NCBI RefSeq assembly: GCF_902652985.1
Contig: NC_047028.1
Coordinates: 9,424,001 to 9,488,000, forward strand
Direction of reading: 5' to 3'
DNA length: 64,000 nucleotides
Source of the DNA: Pecten maximus
Lineage: Eukaryota
The notes under the pieces were generated by a model, which saw only the letters and a program-made list of their open reading frames with translations, was not told where the DNA came from and did not search any database. Positions 52,701 through 64,000 of this stretch are shown here, piece by piece; position 1 is the first letter of the stretch, and the number at the start of each line of letters is the position of its first letter. The position numbers were made by a program, and so were the translations under genes.

Positions 52701-54605
52701 GTACACAAACCAAAGTGTCCATGTAAGGATGTCCCAGGTACACAAACCAAAGTGTCCATGTAAGGATGTCCCAGGTACACAAACCAAAGTGTCCATATAT
52801 AGGATGTCCCAGGTACACAAACCAAAGTGTCCATATAAGGATGTCCCAGGTACACAAACCAAAGTGTCCATGTAAGGATGTCCCAGGTACACAAACCAAA
52901 GTGTCCATATAAGGATGTCCCAGGTACACAAACCAAAGTGTCCATATAGGATGTCCCAGGTACACAAACCAAAGTGTCCATATAAGGAGTGTCCATATAA
53001 GGATGTCCCAGTAACACAAAACAAAGTGTCCATATATAGGATGTCCAAGGTACACAAACCGAAGTGTCCATGTAAGGATGTCCCAGGTACACAAACCAAA
53101 GTGTCCATGTAAGGATGTCCCAGGTACACAAACCAAAGTGTCCATATAAGGATGTCCCAGGTACACAAACCAAAGAGTCCATATAAGGATGTCGCAGGTA
53201 CACAAACCGAAGTGTCCATGTAAGGATGTCCCAGGTATACAAACCAAAGTGTCCATATAAGGATGTCCCAGGTACACAAACCAAAGTGTCCATATAAGGA
53301 TGTCCCAGGGACACAAACCAAAGTGTCCATATATAGGATGTCCCAGGTACACAAAACAAAGTGTCCATATAAGGATGTCCCAGGTACACAAACCAAAGAG
53401 TCCATATAAGGATGTCCCAGGTACACGAACCAAAGTGTCCATATATAGGATGTCCCAGGTACACAAACCAAAGTGTCCATTTTAAGGATGTCCCAGGTAC
53501 ACAAACCAAAGTGTCCATATAAGGATGTCCCAGGTACACAAACCAAAGTGTCCATATAAGGATGTCCCAGGTACACAAAACAAAGTGTCATATAAGGATG
53601 TCCCAGGTACACAAACCAAAGTGTCCATATAAGGATGTCCCAGGTACACAAACCAAAGTGTCCATATAAGGATGTCCCAGGTACACAAACCAAAGTGTCC
53701 ATATAAGGATGTCCCAGGTACACAAGCCAAAGTGTCCATGTAAGAATGTCTAAGGTACACAAACCAAAGTGTCCATGTAAGGATGTCCCAGGTACACAAA
53801 CCAAAGTGTCCATGTAAGGATGCCCCAGGTACACACACCAAAGTGTTCATATAAGGATGTCCCAGGTACACAAACCAAAGAGTCCATAGAAGGATGTCCC
53901 AGGTACACAAACCAAAGTGTCCATATAAGGATGTCCCAGGTACACAAAACAAAGTGTCCATATAAGGATGTCCCAGGTACACACACCAAAGTGTTCATAT
54001 AAGGATGTCCCAGGTACACAAACCAAAGAGTCCATAGAAGGATGTCCCAGGTACACAAAACAAAGTGTCCATATAAGGATGTCCCAGGTACACAAACCAA
54101 AGTGTCCATATAAGGATGTCCCAGGTACACGAACCAAAGTGTCCATATAAGGATGTCCCAGGTACACAAACCAAAGTGTCCATATAAGGATGTCCCAGGT
54201 ACACAAACCAAAGTGTCCATATAAGGATGTCCCAGGTACACAAACCAAAGTGTCCATATACAGGATGTCCCAGGTACACAAACCAAAGTGTCCATATAAG
54301 GATGTCCAAGGTACACAAACCAAAGTGTCCATATAAGGATGTCCCAGGTACACAAACCAAAATGTCCATATAAGGATGTCCCAGGTACACAAACCAAAGT
54401 GTCCATATAAGGATGTCCAAGGTACACAAACCAAAGTGTCCATATAAGGATGCCCCAGGTACACAAATCAAAGTGTCCATATAAGGATGTCCCAGGTACA
54501 CAAATCAAAGTGTCCATATAAGGATGTCCCAGGTACACAAACCAAAGTGTCCATATAAGGATGTCCCAGGTACACAAATCAAAGTGTGGTTATAAGGATG
54601 TCCCA
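49764..54605. repeat. 37-bp satellite (AAACCAAAGTGTCCATATAAGGATGTCCCAGGTACAC), ~130 copies, with a 1570-bp higher-order duplication
   Basis: Direct; identical or near-identical ORF translations recur at offset 1570 (50558/52128, 50623/52193, 51345/52915). Confidence 0.98.
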
Positions 54606-55952
54606 ACAATGCATATAACTTTTGTGACCTATCTTTTCCTGTTTCGAGGTATGCTATTTTCCCATAGGAATACATGCCAATAATTTCATTCTAATTAGTT
54701 TACTGTTTCAATATCATTTTTTAACCAATTTAAATTATTTTGACACATTTTAATCCAGTGCTGCAGCTGTTGGCTGTGAAATAGCCTGTTACTGATTTCA
54801 TTATTTCTCTTCAAATGTTATTTACTGATGTCATTCGTTAATTAGCACTACTATGTTAAGATTTGATAAAAAAGTTGACTACATCTTATAAACAATATGA
54901 GAATCATTTGTTGAATATTATCCAGCCATGAACATTTTTCATCAAATTGACCAAATTATATTAAATTCAGTAATGCAAATGAACATTAAGTTTTTAATGA
55001 TGTAAAAAAAATAGCAGTGAAGTACGTTACTGTATACATCCATGTATATTTACATACTGTACATTACATATGAGTGTAATTTCTGTTATTGTTAATCTGT
55101 ATATGTGTATTATACTTACCATGTAATATTAGTATTTCCATAGAAATTTAACATTTGTATAATGTATAGGCCTACAATCTCAATTTGCATCCTGGTTTAG
55201 TGTCAAGGTATGATACAGCAAAAACCAAGCCTGTAGGCATAACAACCGCCCTAAGCCTTCAAAATACGCTGTTTCCAGTGTAACATGACTCAGTCAGACA
55301 AATAGAAAGTACACCTAGTTTACTGTCTACAAAATGACAAGAATAAATTCAATCCAATGGCAAAACAGAAGCTAAGTTTTTTGTTTACTGCATCAGAGGA
55401 ACAAACGATTACAGTGTTGGTATAAATACACTTACGTAATTGTGGGATGGTATCAAATAAAATCAAGCACATTACAGAAGATCGTAGCTTCACATGTGTG
55501 TTTCAAATTTAATTTCCCCATATAACACTGATGGTTCTCAATCCCGATAACACATTAGCGATACAGATAAATTCAAACAGCTCGTGTGAAATTACCCACA
55601 GGCAATTTATTTACATTTTTTACACATACAAGTAAACATGTAGTACGGAGCTACAAACATGTACACTAGGAGATGTAGAACATTTGGTGGGAACTGTTAG
55701 CATGTCAATTTTTGACGTATAAACTACTGGCAGCTATATATGACTATTAATTTAGAACTGTTTGAAGATTCAGTAAATTTACATATTAATGAAGCTCAGA
55801 AAGCCCCCATAACCACACATATATCTCTGACATGGGTTTTATAGATAACCAGATTGTCAGCAACTCATTTCATAATTAACTTAAGAACCAATTAGGAAAT
55901 TCACATGGCTATAACAAAATTAATCTGCTCACCAGTACTGGCCTTACATGTC

Positions 55953-56140
55953 TTTGTTTGGTTGTCTGTTGGGTTTATCACCCCGTGAACAGCCAGAGTC
56001 ATATTGAGGTGGTGTCCAGTGTAGTAGTTGGTGACTACCTCACTAACAACAAACGAGACGCCTGTGATAAACCATTCAGAGTAATTAGGGTAAAGTGTCT
56101 ACCAAAGGAGTCACAACAAAGCACAGATTGGCCATTAAGT
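55953..56140 (-). mobile_element. SINE family B, copy 3
   Basis: TTTG tail, CCCCGTGAACAGCCAG..TGTAGTAGTTGGTGACTACCTC..GGGTAAAGTGTCT..AGCACAGATTGGCC, colinear with 23280-23450. Confidence 0.7.
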
Positions 56141-56346
56141 TTTATCAGCTTCCCGAGAAATACAAACCAACACGAGTCGGGAGCGTGGGGGTATTGACAG
56201 ACTATAGGCGATGTATTGGGGGTATTGACAGACAAGATATATATATCAGATTTATTGTCAGACAAGGCAATATATTGGGTGTATTGACAGGGAATCGAAG
56301 ACGATAAATAGATTGTACTGACAGGCAAATATACCTTTGAGACATG

Positions 56347-57682
56347 TACCTGTGAGGTGAGTACAGTACCTGTGAGGTGAGTACCTGTGAGGCGAGTACC
56401 TGTGAGGCGAGTACCTGTGAGGCGAGTACCTGTGAGGTGAGTACAGTACCAGGATGTGAGGGGAATACCTGTGAGGTGAGTACCTGTGAGGTGAGTACAG
56501 TACCTGTGAGGTGAGTACATTACCTGTGAGGTGATTACCTGTGAGGCGAGTTCCTGTGATGTGAGTACCTGTGAGGTAAGTACCTGTGAGGTGTGTACCT
56601 ATGATGTGAGTACCTGTGAGGTGAGTACAGTACCTGTGAGGTGAGTACAGTACCTGTGAGGGGAATACCTGTGAGGCGAGTACCTGTGAGTGAGTACCTG
56701 TGAGGTGAGTACCTGTGAGGTGAGTACAGTACATGTGAGGTGAGTACAGTACATGTGAGGTGAGTACCTGTGAGGTGATTACCTGTGAGGCGAGTTCCTG
56801 TGATGTGAGTACCTGTGAGGTGAGTACCTGTGAGGTAAGTACCTGTGAGGTGTGTACCTATGATGTGAGTACCTGTGAGGTGAGTACAGTACCTGTGAGG
56901 TGAGTACAGTACCTGTGAGGGGAATACCTGTGAGGCGAGTACCTGTGAGGTGAGTACCTGTGAGGTGAGTACAGTACCTGTGAGGTGAGTACAGTACCTG
57001 TGAGGTGAATACCTGTAAGGCGAGTACAGTACCTGTGAGGTGAATACAGTACCTGTGAGGGGAATACCTGTGAGGGGAGTATACCTGTGAGGTGATTACC
57101 TGTGAGGCGAGTTCCTGTGATGTGAGTACCTGTGAGGTAAGTACCTGTGAGGTGTGTACCTATGATGTGAGTACCTGTGAGGTGAGTACAGTACCTGTGA
57201 GGTGAGTACAGTACCTGTGAGGTGAGTACAGTACCTGTGAGGTGAGTACCTGTGAGGTGAGTACAGTACCTGTGAGGGGAATACCTGTGAGGCGAGTACC
57301 TGTGAGTTGAGTACCTGTGAGGTGAGTACCTGTGAGGTGAGTACAGTACCTGTGAGGTGAGTACAGTACATGTGAGGTGAGTACAGTACCTGTGAGGTGA
57401 GTACAGTACCTGTGAGGTGAGTACAGTACCTGTGAGGTGAGGACCTGTAAGGCGAGTACAGTACCTGTGAGATGAGTACCTGTGAGGTGAGTACCTGTGA
57501 GGTGAGTACAGTACCTGTGAGGCGAGTACATTTGAGGTGAGTACAGTATCTGTGAGGCGAGTACATGTGAGGTGATCATGAGTACAGTACCTGTTAGGCG
57601 AGTACAGTACATCTGAGGTGAGTACCTGTGAGGTGATCAGTACCTGTGAGGTGAGTACAGTACCTGTTAGGCGAGTAACTGT
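56347..57682. repeat. 15/20-bp minisatellite TACCTGTGAGGTGAG(TACAG), ~75 units
   Basis: Direct; mixed 15- and 20-bp units with recurring variant blocks. Confidence 0.97.
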
Positions 57683-60600
57683 GATCTGACATTAGGGGGT
57701 TTGATGTGCAGCCATGTAAATGCCCTCTACAGCAATTCTCATCCTATATATAGAGAGACAGAATCTACTCTTTATATCCAACCCTAAGTAAATTTATATG
57801 GTTTCGGGACAAACATGATGAGAACAAAATCCTTACATGTATGTCAACAATCAGTGATGTCACAAAAGTGCACAAGCATTGTTTAATGCATTTAAAAAAC
57901 ATCAGGTTCAGGAAAAAGATATATTATAACACATGGATAAACTTGTAACTATATACTGGTGTATTTAATATAGGACCATGAGTACAATGAGTATATACTA
58001 TAAAAAGTCTGACAACCCAGCCAAAGATAATAGTATTAATGGACAGTCATGATCAACTATATTATGTTACAGCTCATTTATAATTAACCTTATATACATT
58101 GTATATATTCATTATTCAGAAAATAAACCTCTTTCAGAAAATCAAGATCATGCTGCTGTGTTAAGTTTCATTTAAATTAATTGTAATTATACCTGGGTCC
58201 TATTTTTTCTATGATAAGAAATTTTCTTGTCAAAGTTATCTTATTTCCAAGAAAATTTCCAGTAAAAGTTTGTTATTTCAGATGCGGGAATGTATACAGC
58301 CCTACAAGACTGAACGATACCTACATATATTATTATATTATGTAGTTAGAATATATATATATTTAAACTACAAAATAAAACATGCTTTTAAAAATTAAAA
58401 TCTATGTGATGTCCTTCAATTGTAAAATCCATTGTTGTAATTATAATGTCAATTTTCATAATAAATATTTTAATTATTGAAATTTACATGATGGAATTAA
58501 ACCAAATAATAGATCAAATGTTTGAAAAATCATACCTGGGGTTTATGTCAATTTACTATATGTTTACAAACAAATACAAATGTACTGTATGTAAGATGAT
58601 GTACACAATTTAAATTTGATACTTACATGAAACTGAGAATCATATTTCACACAGCTGAATAATAGGTTTCAGTTAACCAAAATGTTTTTGTTGATTGGTA
58701 CAAAAGCTAATAAAAATGTATTTTAATTACTTAATGAATAATCATAATAAATCATCATTTACTCTCTATGAATATTCATCAAGTTAGACAAGTTGATTTG
58801 TTGAACTCTTGACAAAAGTGACAAGACATTTTTATTCATTATATGGATACATTCATGACCTAATTAATATTCATAAACATCAGGGCATTATAGACAACAG
58901 GTATATTACAATAACATATATACATATGTATATATATACCGGTATATATTTATCATCTGGTTATTATATAAATAGAGGTCTATTCAAAAATCAGATTAAG
59001 TTCAAACATAAACATCGGTCTCTAGCTAGATGTAAACATTAGTGCATAATGATGGGGGAAGGGAGGAATAATTGGGGAGTTTGCGATGTACAAGTTTGAA
59101 TTCCCTATGAGGGGCCCCTGATCATGCTGTAATGCTATAGCTAATTGGGGAGTTTGAGACGAGTGTTGGTGGTTTTCTCATCAAGTTTGTTTAGACTTTA
59201 GGGCTAAGATCTTACAAAAATGCATGCTGTTTCTATTTTCATAACAAACATTTGTAACCCATAACAATATATCAAAAGCTGTTATCTTGTAAGAGGTCAA
59301 CGCCCAAAGAACGAAGTCAGTCAAAACTTGATAGTGTTTCTGGCTTTTCTGGGTTGTTTTCACAAATTTTAAAGATTGGTAATGGCAGCTAGTTATCAAT
59401 CAATATATGTACCAATAAAATAATTTAATAACTAATAAATATGTACAACCCCAATAAAATGATTTAATGATTAATTGATATATGAATATTCAACAATGTT
59501 GTGTTGACTTTTCAAATCTAAAAGGGAGAACATAATTAGGCTCAGAACAGATTACACTAATATGTAAGAAACACTTATATTCAATTTTAGATAAACATAT
59601 AAAATGGCTCATGTGATATAAATATATTTATGCATACACATTGCTGGTAATCTTAAATTTTCTTTGCAATGTGAAATTCAATCTTTTTTTATATGAAATT
59701 TTTTTTTACAGGTTATGCAGAATTTTTCACCATCAAATCTAACATTCTACCACAATTTTGCAAAATTCCTTGCGAAGGAAAACATCAGCATGATCAGTTC
59801 ATCTAAAGAAGCCTTTGAAAGCAGTAACGTTAGGTAAAACACATCTTGTAAATTGGCTCATTTTTTATAAGCTGCCTTATGTAATCAGTTTCATGAAATA
59901 AACAACAGCCTGCCAAAAAAGACCCTACAATTTGAGTCGTGTTATATTAATCATGTTTGTGTTTGTGCGTGAGAGAGGGTTATTGTTGTGTATGTATATA
60001 ACTTTAAACTTCAGACAGGAAGAAAAAAGAACACATGACATTTACTCTTCAGTTTCGAAGGCTTGTGATCATTACACCAAAGATGAGGAAACTTTCTGTA
60101 TATATATACATTTAAAATTTCATGTATAAAAAATACATCTTGAAAGATCTAAATATAAAATGATATCAGACTTCCTTGAAGATGAAATACATGACAACCT
60201 TTTAAGTTGATGGAGTTGTTAGGAGCTGACAAGTCACTCTATTTACAAATAATTCAATTGTACAATGTATATTTTATCCATGCCTGCCAGATCAAATACA
60301 TGTATGTTCAAAATAAACAAATTCTATTGGGAAAGCATTTTTCAAAAACCAAATGAATAAAATATAAAACAGAATTGCATGTACGTAGAAATTACAAAAA
60401 TAAATACTGCAATCTCTTTGATTAGTTTAAAAGTATTCCTATAGAATTGAAATCTTTAAAATAATGATTTTCCAGTTTTAAAGCTGACAAAGCTACAGGA
60501 TTGAAATAATGATTTTCCAGTTTTAAAGCTAACAAAGCTACAGGATTGAATTAATTTGTTCCTAGCTACTCTCCATAAACATCGAATGCATAGCTGATTA

Positions 60601-62184
60601 CCCCAGTCTTACACATTACATGTCAGTCACCCTGCAGGATGTGTATGGCCAACTTATGTAAACAAACACCAACCTATACCAGCCAGATAAATAATAATCA
60701 CCATTGAGTTATATTAAATACAGATACACATAACATTCTGTACCGAAAATGAGAATATCTCTGTTAGACAGTAAATGTTGAATGTAGTCTGGATTCTATA
60801 TTTGTACTGTAGATTCCTCAGCATTATATTTAGTTAAGTGACTGGAAGTTTCATTCTTTTGAACCTCATGCATGTAACTTTCAATCTATACTTCCCTCAA
60901 TATGATAGCAAATGTCAAAAAGGTTTGTATTTATATACCGATATTTGATGTAATAAGAACACCTGCAGCCTCTATAAGTACACCCCAAACTTTTTCAGGA
61001 GAAGAAAATGGGTACACCATGGCCATCTAATAAAAATTCCTCGCCTCACTGATGTCTCAATAACCAAAGACTCTGTATTTTTTTTACTACATAAAGGTGC
61101 TAAAATGAAGAAGTATAACCCCCGTTTTTTGTTTTTTTTTACTACATAAAGGTGCTGAAATGAAGAAGTATACCCCCCCCTTTTTTGTAAGTACATATAC
61201 AGTGCACTTATACTAGGTAGAAACAGTAAAACACCTAGTAAGATCATAATGATGGCCCTAGCTAGTATTCAGTAAAAGACAATTCACTGCAGAAACTGTT
61301 AATCCTGTGTTCCAACTGACCAGAATCCTGTATCTTTACAAGCTTTGCTTTGGGTTAGGGGTATATTGTAAAAGTGTCCAAGTATAGGCTAGGTCACCTT
61401 ACTAACTCAGGCCAGTGTGAATATTCCTTTCGTTACTCCTTCAATTCCTACAACAGATTTGGTGCCGTTGACCACTCCAAAGGTAATGTTATAAGCCATA
61501 GAATATTGAGGCTTTCTCAGAGCTGTAAAGAACCTTGGTTTTGGTTAATTTGTCTTATAAGTTTGGGAGCAAAGGCTGTGAAGGAGCCGGAGTAGTGGAG
61601 AGTATAGGTCACCTTACTTGTTCAGGCTAGCAAGAATTTCCTTTTAGCCAATACAACTAGTGGGGGGTCAGGATGTCCACTTGAGAGCAAGATGTCAGTA
61701 GTTTGAGGCCCAATAAGGACAGGGTATATCTTTTCTCTGACTTATAGAATACATTGTATGTACAACTAGTCAACTACAGTGATCGAGTCAGGTTCAGACA
61801 ATTTAAACCAGAACAATAAAGTTCAAAATTCCTTCAAAAATGATTGATTAATAGATATACATATATATATATATATATACAGTATAGATTGTTCCAACTG
61901 GATTATGATATACATTTTATGAGCTTTAGGTAAGGTTTATCCCTGATTGCTGAGGTGAATATTCATTATTGTATAAGCCAGGTAGGTCTGTAAATCAGGG
62001 ATAGGTGGAATCTGAAGTCGACAATTAATTATTTCATATAAGATATTTCACAATGAGATTACTTGTCATGAACACATGGCAAGGTCCATATTCCAATCAC
62101 AAAGAGGAGTACAAATTTACTACAAATACAAATAACATACACGATCAAAAACCTTTTTATTATTGTCACAATAACATTGGACAA

Positions 62185-62552
62185 TATCTAACAATGTCTT
62201 CAGTAATACCAAATATATTTCACAAGTGGGGCTAATATTTTCATATGTATCATGAGTGTGAAGCACCATAAGCACAAGTGAAAAATATCAAAATATTAGC
62301 CACACGTGAAATATATCTGGTATTACTGATAATATTGTTAAATATTCTGTTATTACATTTTTATAGCAAAATATACCAGATCAGCTTTTAATATTCACCA
62401 CTGTTGTTTGTAAGCAGTGTTTTGATTGGTCATATCAGAAAAAGTGAAATTTTTCACCAGTGAAAATAAAAATTTCAAGATTTCTAATTTTTAAAATTTT
62501 TAGAATGAGTAATTTTCAATAAATCAATATTTCGCTGTTAAAAGTGTAATAG
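62185..62552. mobile_element. Degenerate double-foldback (palindromic MITE-like) element
   Basis: ~60-bp inverted arms at 62185-62245 and 62285-62345 (TCAGTAATACCA.ATATATTTCAC..GGCTAATATTTT); a second inverted pair at ~62351-62374 and ~62528-62551. Confidence 0.65.
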
Positions 62553-63019
62553 ATTTGATTAATGTTTTAGATCATAGATAAAAACTTTTCTATTCTTAGA
62601 ATGAGGTCTGTAACAGATAACTTTTTTTAGTATACAGACTTATTGTGTGATGTGAGGAAGCAAGTCCGTCAAAACAGGTGACATATATATACAGTACTGT
62701 ATAGGTTCTAGTGCTATTTATAAGGTTTTAGCAACAATTAATATGGTGATCTATTTCATTACAAACTGTTAATTAGATATAAATGAAGGACATGTCGATG
62801 TAACAAACACACATTCACGAATGAAATCAAATACAGGGCGATGAACCCTTAGACCTGCTGATGACCCGACCTGTCAAAGATGTGAGAAACAGATACAGTA
62901 AACACAGCTGAAACAAGCCGACATGAATAGTCTTAAATCTCCTTTGTCTCTTGAGTAACAGTTTACGTGAACAGCGTCAAAATACCACGACTTAATCAAA
63001 AGAAGCTTAGTTTAATTAC

Positions 63020-63165
63020 CTGTATGTATGCGTTCCAAAACAGACAAATAGACACCTATGTGATGAGTTTCTGGAAGCACCCAGTCGCCATTTTTGGAAT
63101 AGAGCGATATAGCATTTCCGCATCCGGTGTCGATCGCGAGGCCCCCGACGGGTGGCCTGAAAAAT
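63020..63165 (-). promoter_or_regulatory. Putative promoter and non-coding first exon of the MsrB3 gene
   Basis: Local CpG-rich patch with CTCGCGA, GCGGAAAT (ETS-like) and AAAATGGCG (YY1/Kozak-like), then donor ATACAG|gtaatt at 63020. Linkage to the acceptor at 46978/47060 is inferred. Confidence 0.55.
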
Positions 63166-63185
63166 ATAAAGTGAGAGCTCGAGAT

Positions 63186-63242
63186 GTTTGTTTGTTTGTT
63201 TGTTTGAGTTTTACGGCCCAGCGACAACTAGGGTCATTTAAC
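63186..63242 (-). mobile_element. Short 3' SINE fragment with (CAAA)n tail
   Basis: Reverse complement reads TTAAATGACCCTAGTTGTCGCTGGGCCGTAAAACTC(AAAC)n, resembling the family A tail. Confidence 0.6.
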
Positions 63243-63341
63243 ACCAAACAATAATATCGTTTTGATTGTTTCTGTTAAAATCAGATAAAATTGGTCTTTT
63301 CGAGATGTCAAAGCTGTTAGCTTATATAGTGATGGTGTCAA

Positions 63342-63372
<31 letters not shown>
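63342..63372. repeat. (ATG/GAT)n microsatellite
   Basis: ~10 perfect units. Confidence 0.95.
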
Positions 63373-64000
63373 GAGAATTTAGAATAGAGATCTACATGTA
63401 TTTTAAATTGAAATATATCTAATTCAATGCCCGCCGTCTGCAGTCAGCTGTGCCGGTAGGCTTTTTAAATTTTAGTTTTCTTTTCAAAAACCACGAATAT
63501 GGTTACACTTCCATTCACATCTCAATCAGTATGCCAATAAGAAAGTGCAATTATTGCCTGAAATGGCCATGATCAAATTTTACTGGGTTGGTCCGAAATC
63601 CAACACTTCGACTTGTGGCATGGAACCGAAAATTGGTGGGACGTTAAGAAAAGGAAGTCGGCAAATTCAAAGTGTTGCTATTAAACTTTAACACTGGCAG
63701 CAGCGGCGGCCATTTGTACACAAGATTGTGAAGTCTCAGTTAAATTCAGAACAACATCAGTACTGTATTTTAAACTTCTTAAGTTTTATCAGTAGCTTCC
63801 AGCTAAAACTTGCCTGAAATGTTGATTTCTTTCGGGACAGTCCGAAATCCTACATATGAGCATCACGACCATCTTCGAAAAGACATGTTAAGTTTTTTTC
63901 TCCGGTTGATAGCTGGTTTAATGAATTGTGGAACTAACGAAGTTTTATCATTCTTGTACGTCCTATTAAATTCTCACCCATGTGTCCTACTAGCGATTTT

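Noticed and set aside
49634-54577. Many long minus-strand ORFs (up to 730 aa)
   Set aside because: Products of the 37-bp satellite; indel variants cycle through the frames.

Overview
This is AT-rich, repeat-dense eukaryotic genomic DNA, not prokaryotic. The tRNA-headed SINEs, the Helentron-type element with ~155-bp core repeats and the many minisatellites suggest a bivalve mollusc, which is an inference. One protein-coding gene can be supported: a minus-strand methionine-R-sulfoxide reductase of the MsrB3 type. Its likely promoter and first exon are at ~63.0-63.2 kb, and its coding exons are 46694-46917 and 42040-42212. These are followed by TWO tandem-duplicated, intact, phase-matched catalytic last exons: 40577-40746 (188-aa isoform ending KPEL, ER-retrieval-like) and 39279-39418 (178-aa isoform ending HTTV, with no retrieval signal and an extra Cys near the active site). 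This swappable active-site/localisation tail is the most interesting system in the window. Bases 1-32 kb appear intergenic (SINEs, MITEs, minisatellites, at least one born inside a SINE). Almost all long ORFs in the supplied track are artefacts of tandem repeats. No CRISPR array, rRNA or genuine tRNA was found. All exon joins are inferred by eye from GT-AG signals, reading-frame phase and remembered MsrB motifs; no database searches were run.
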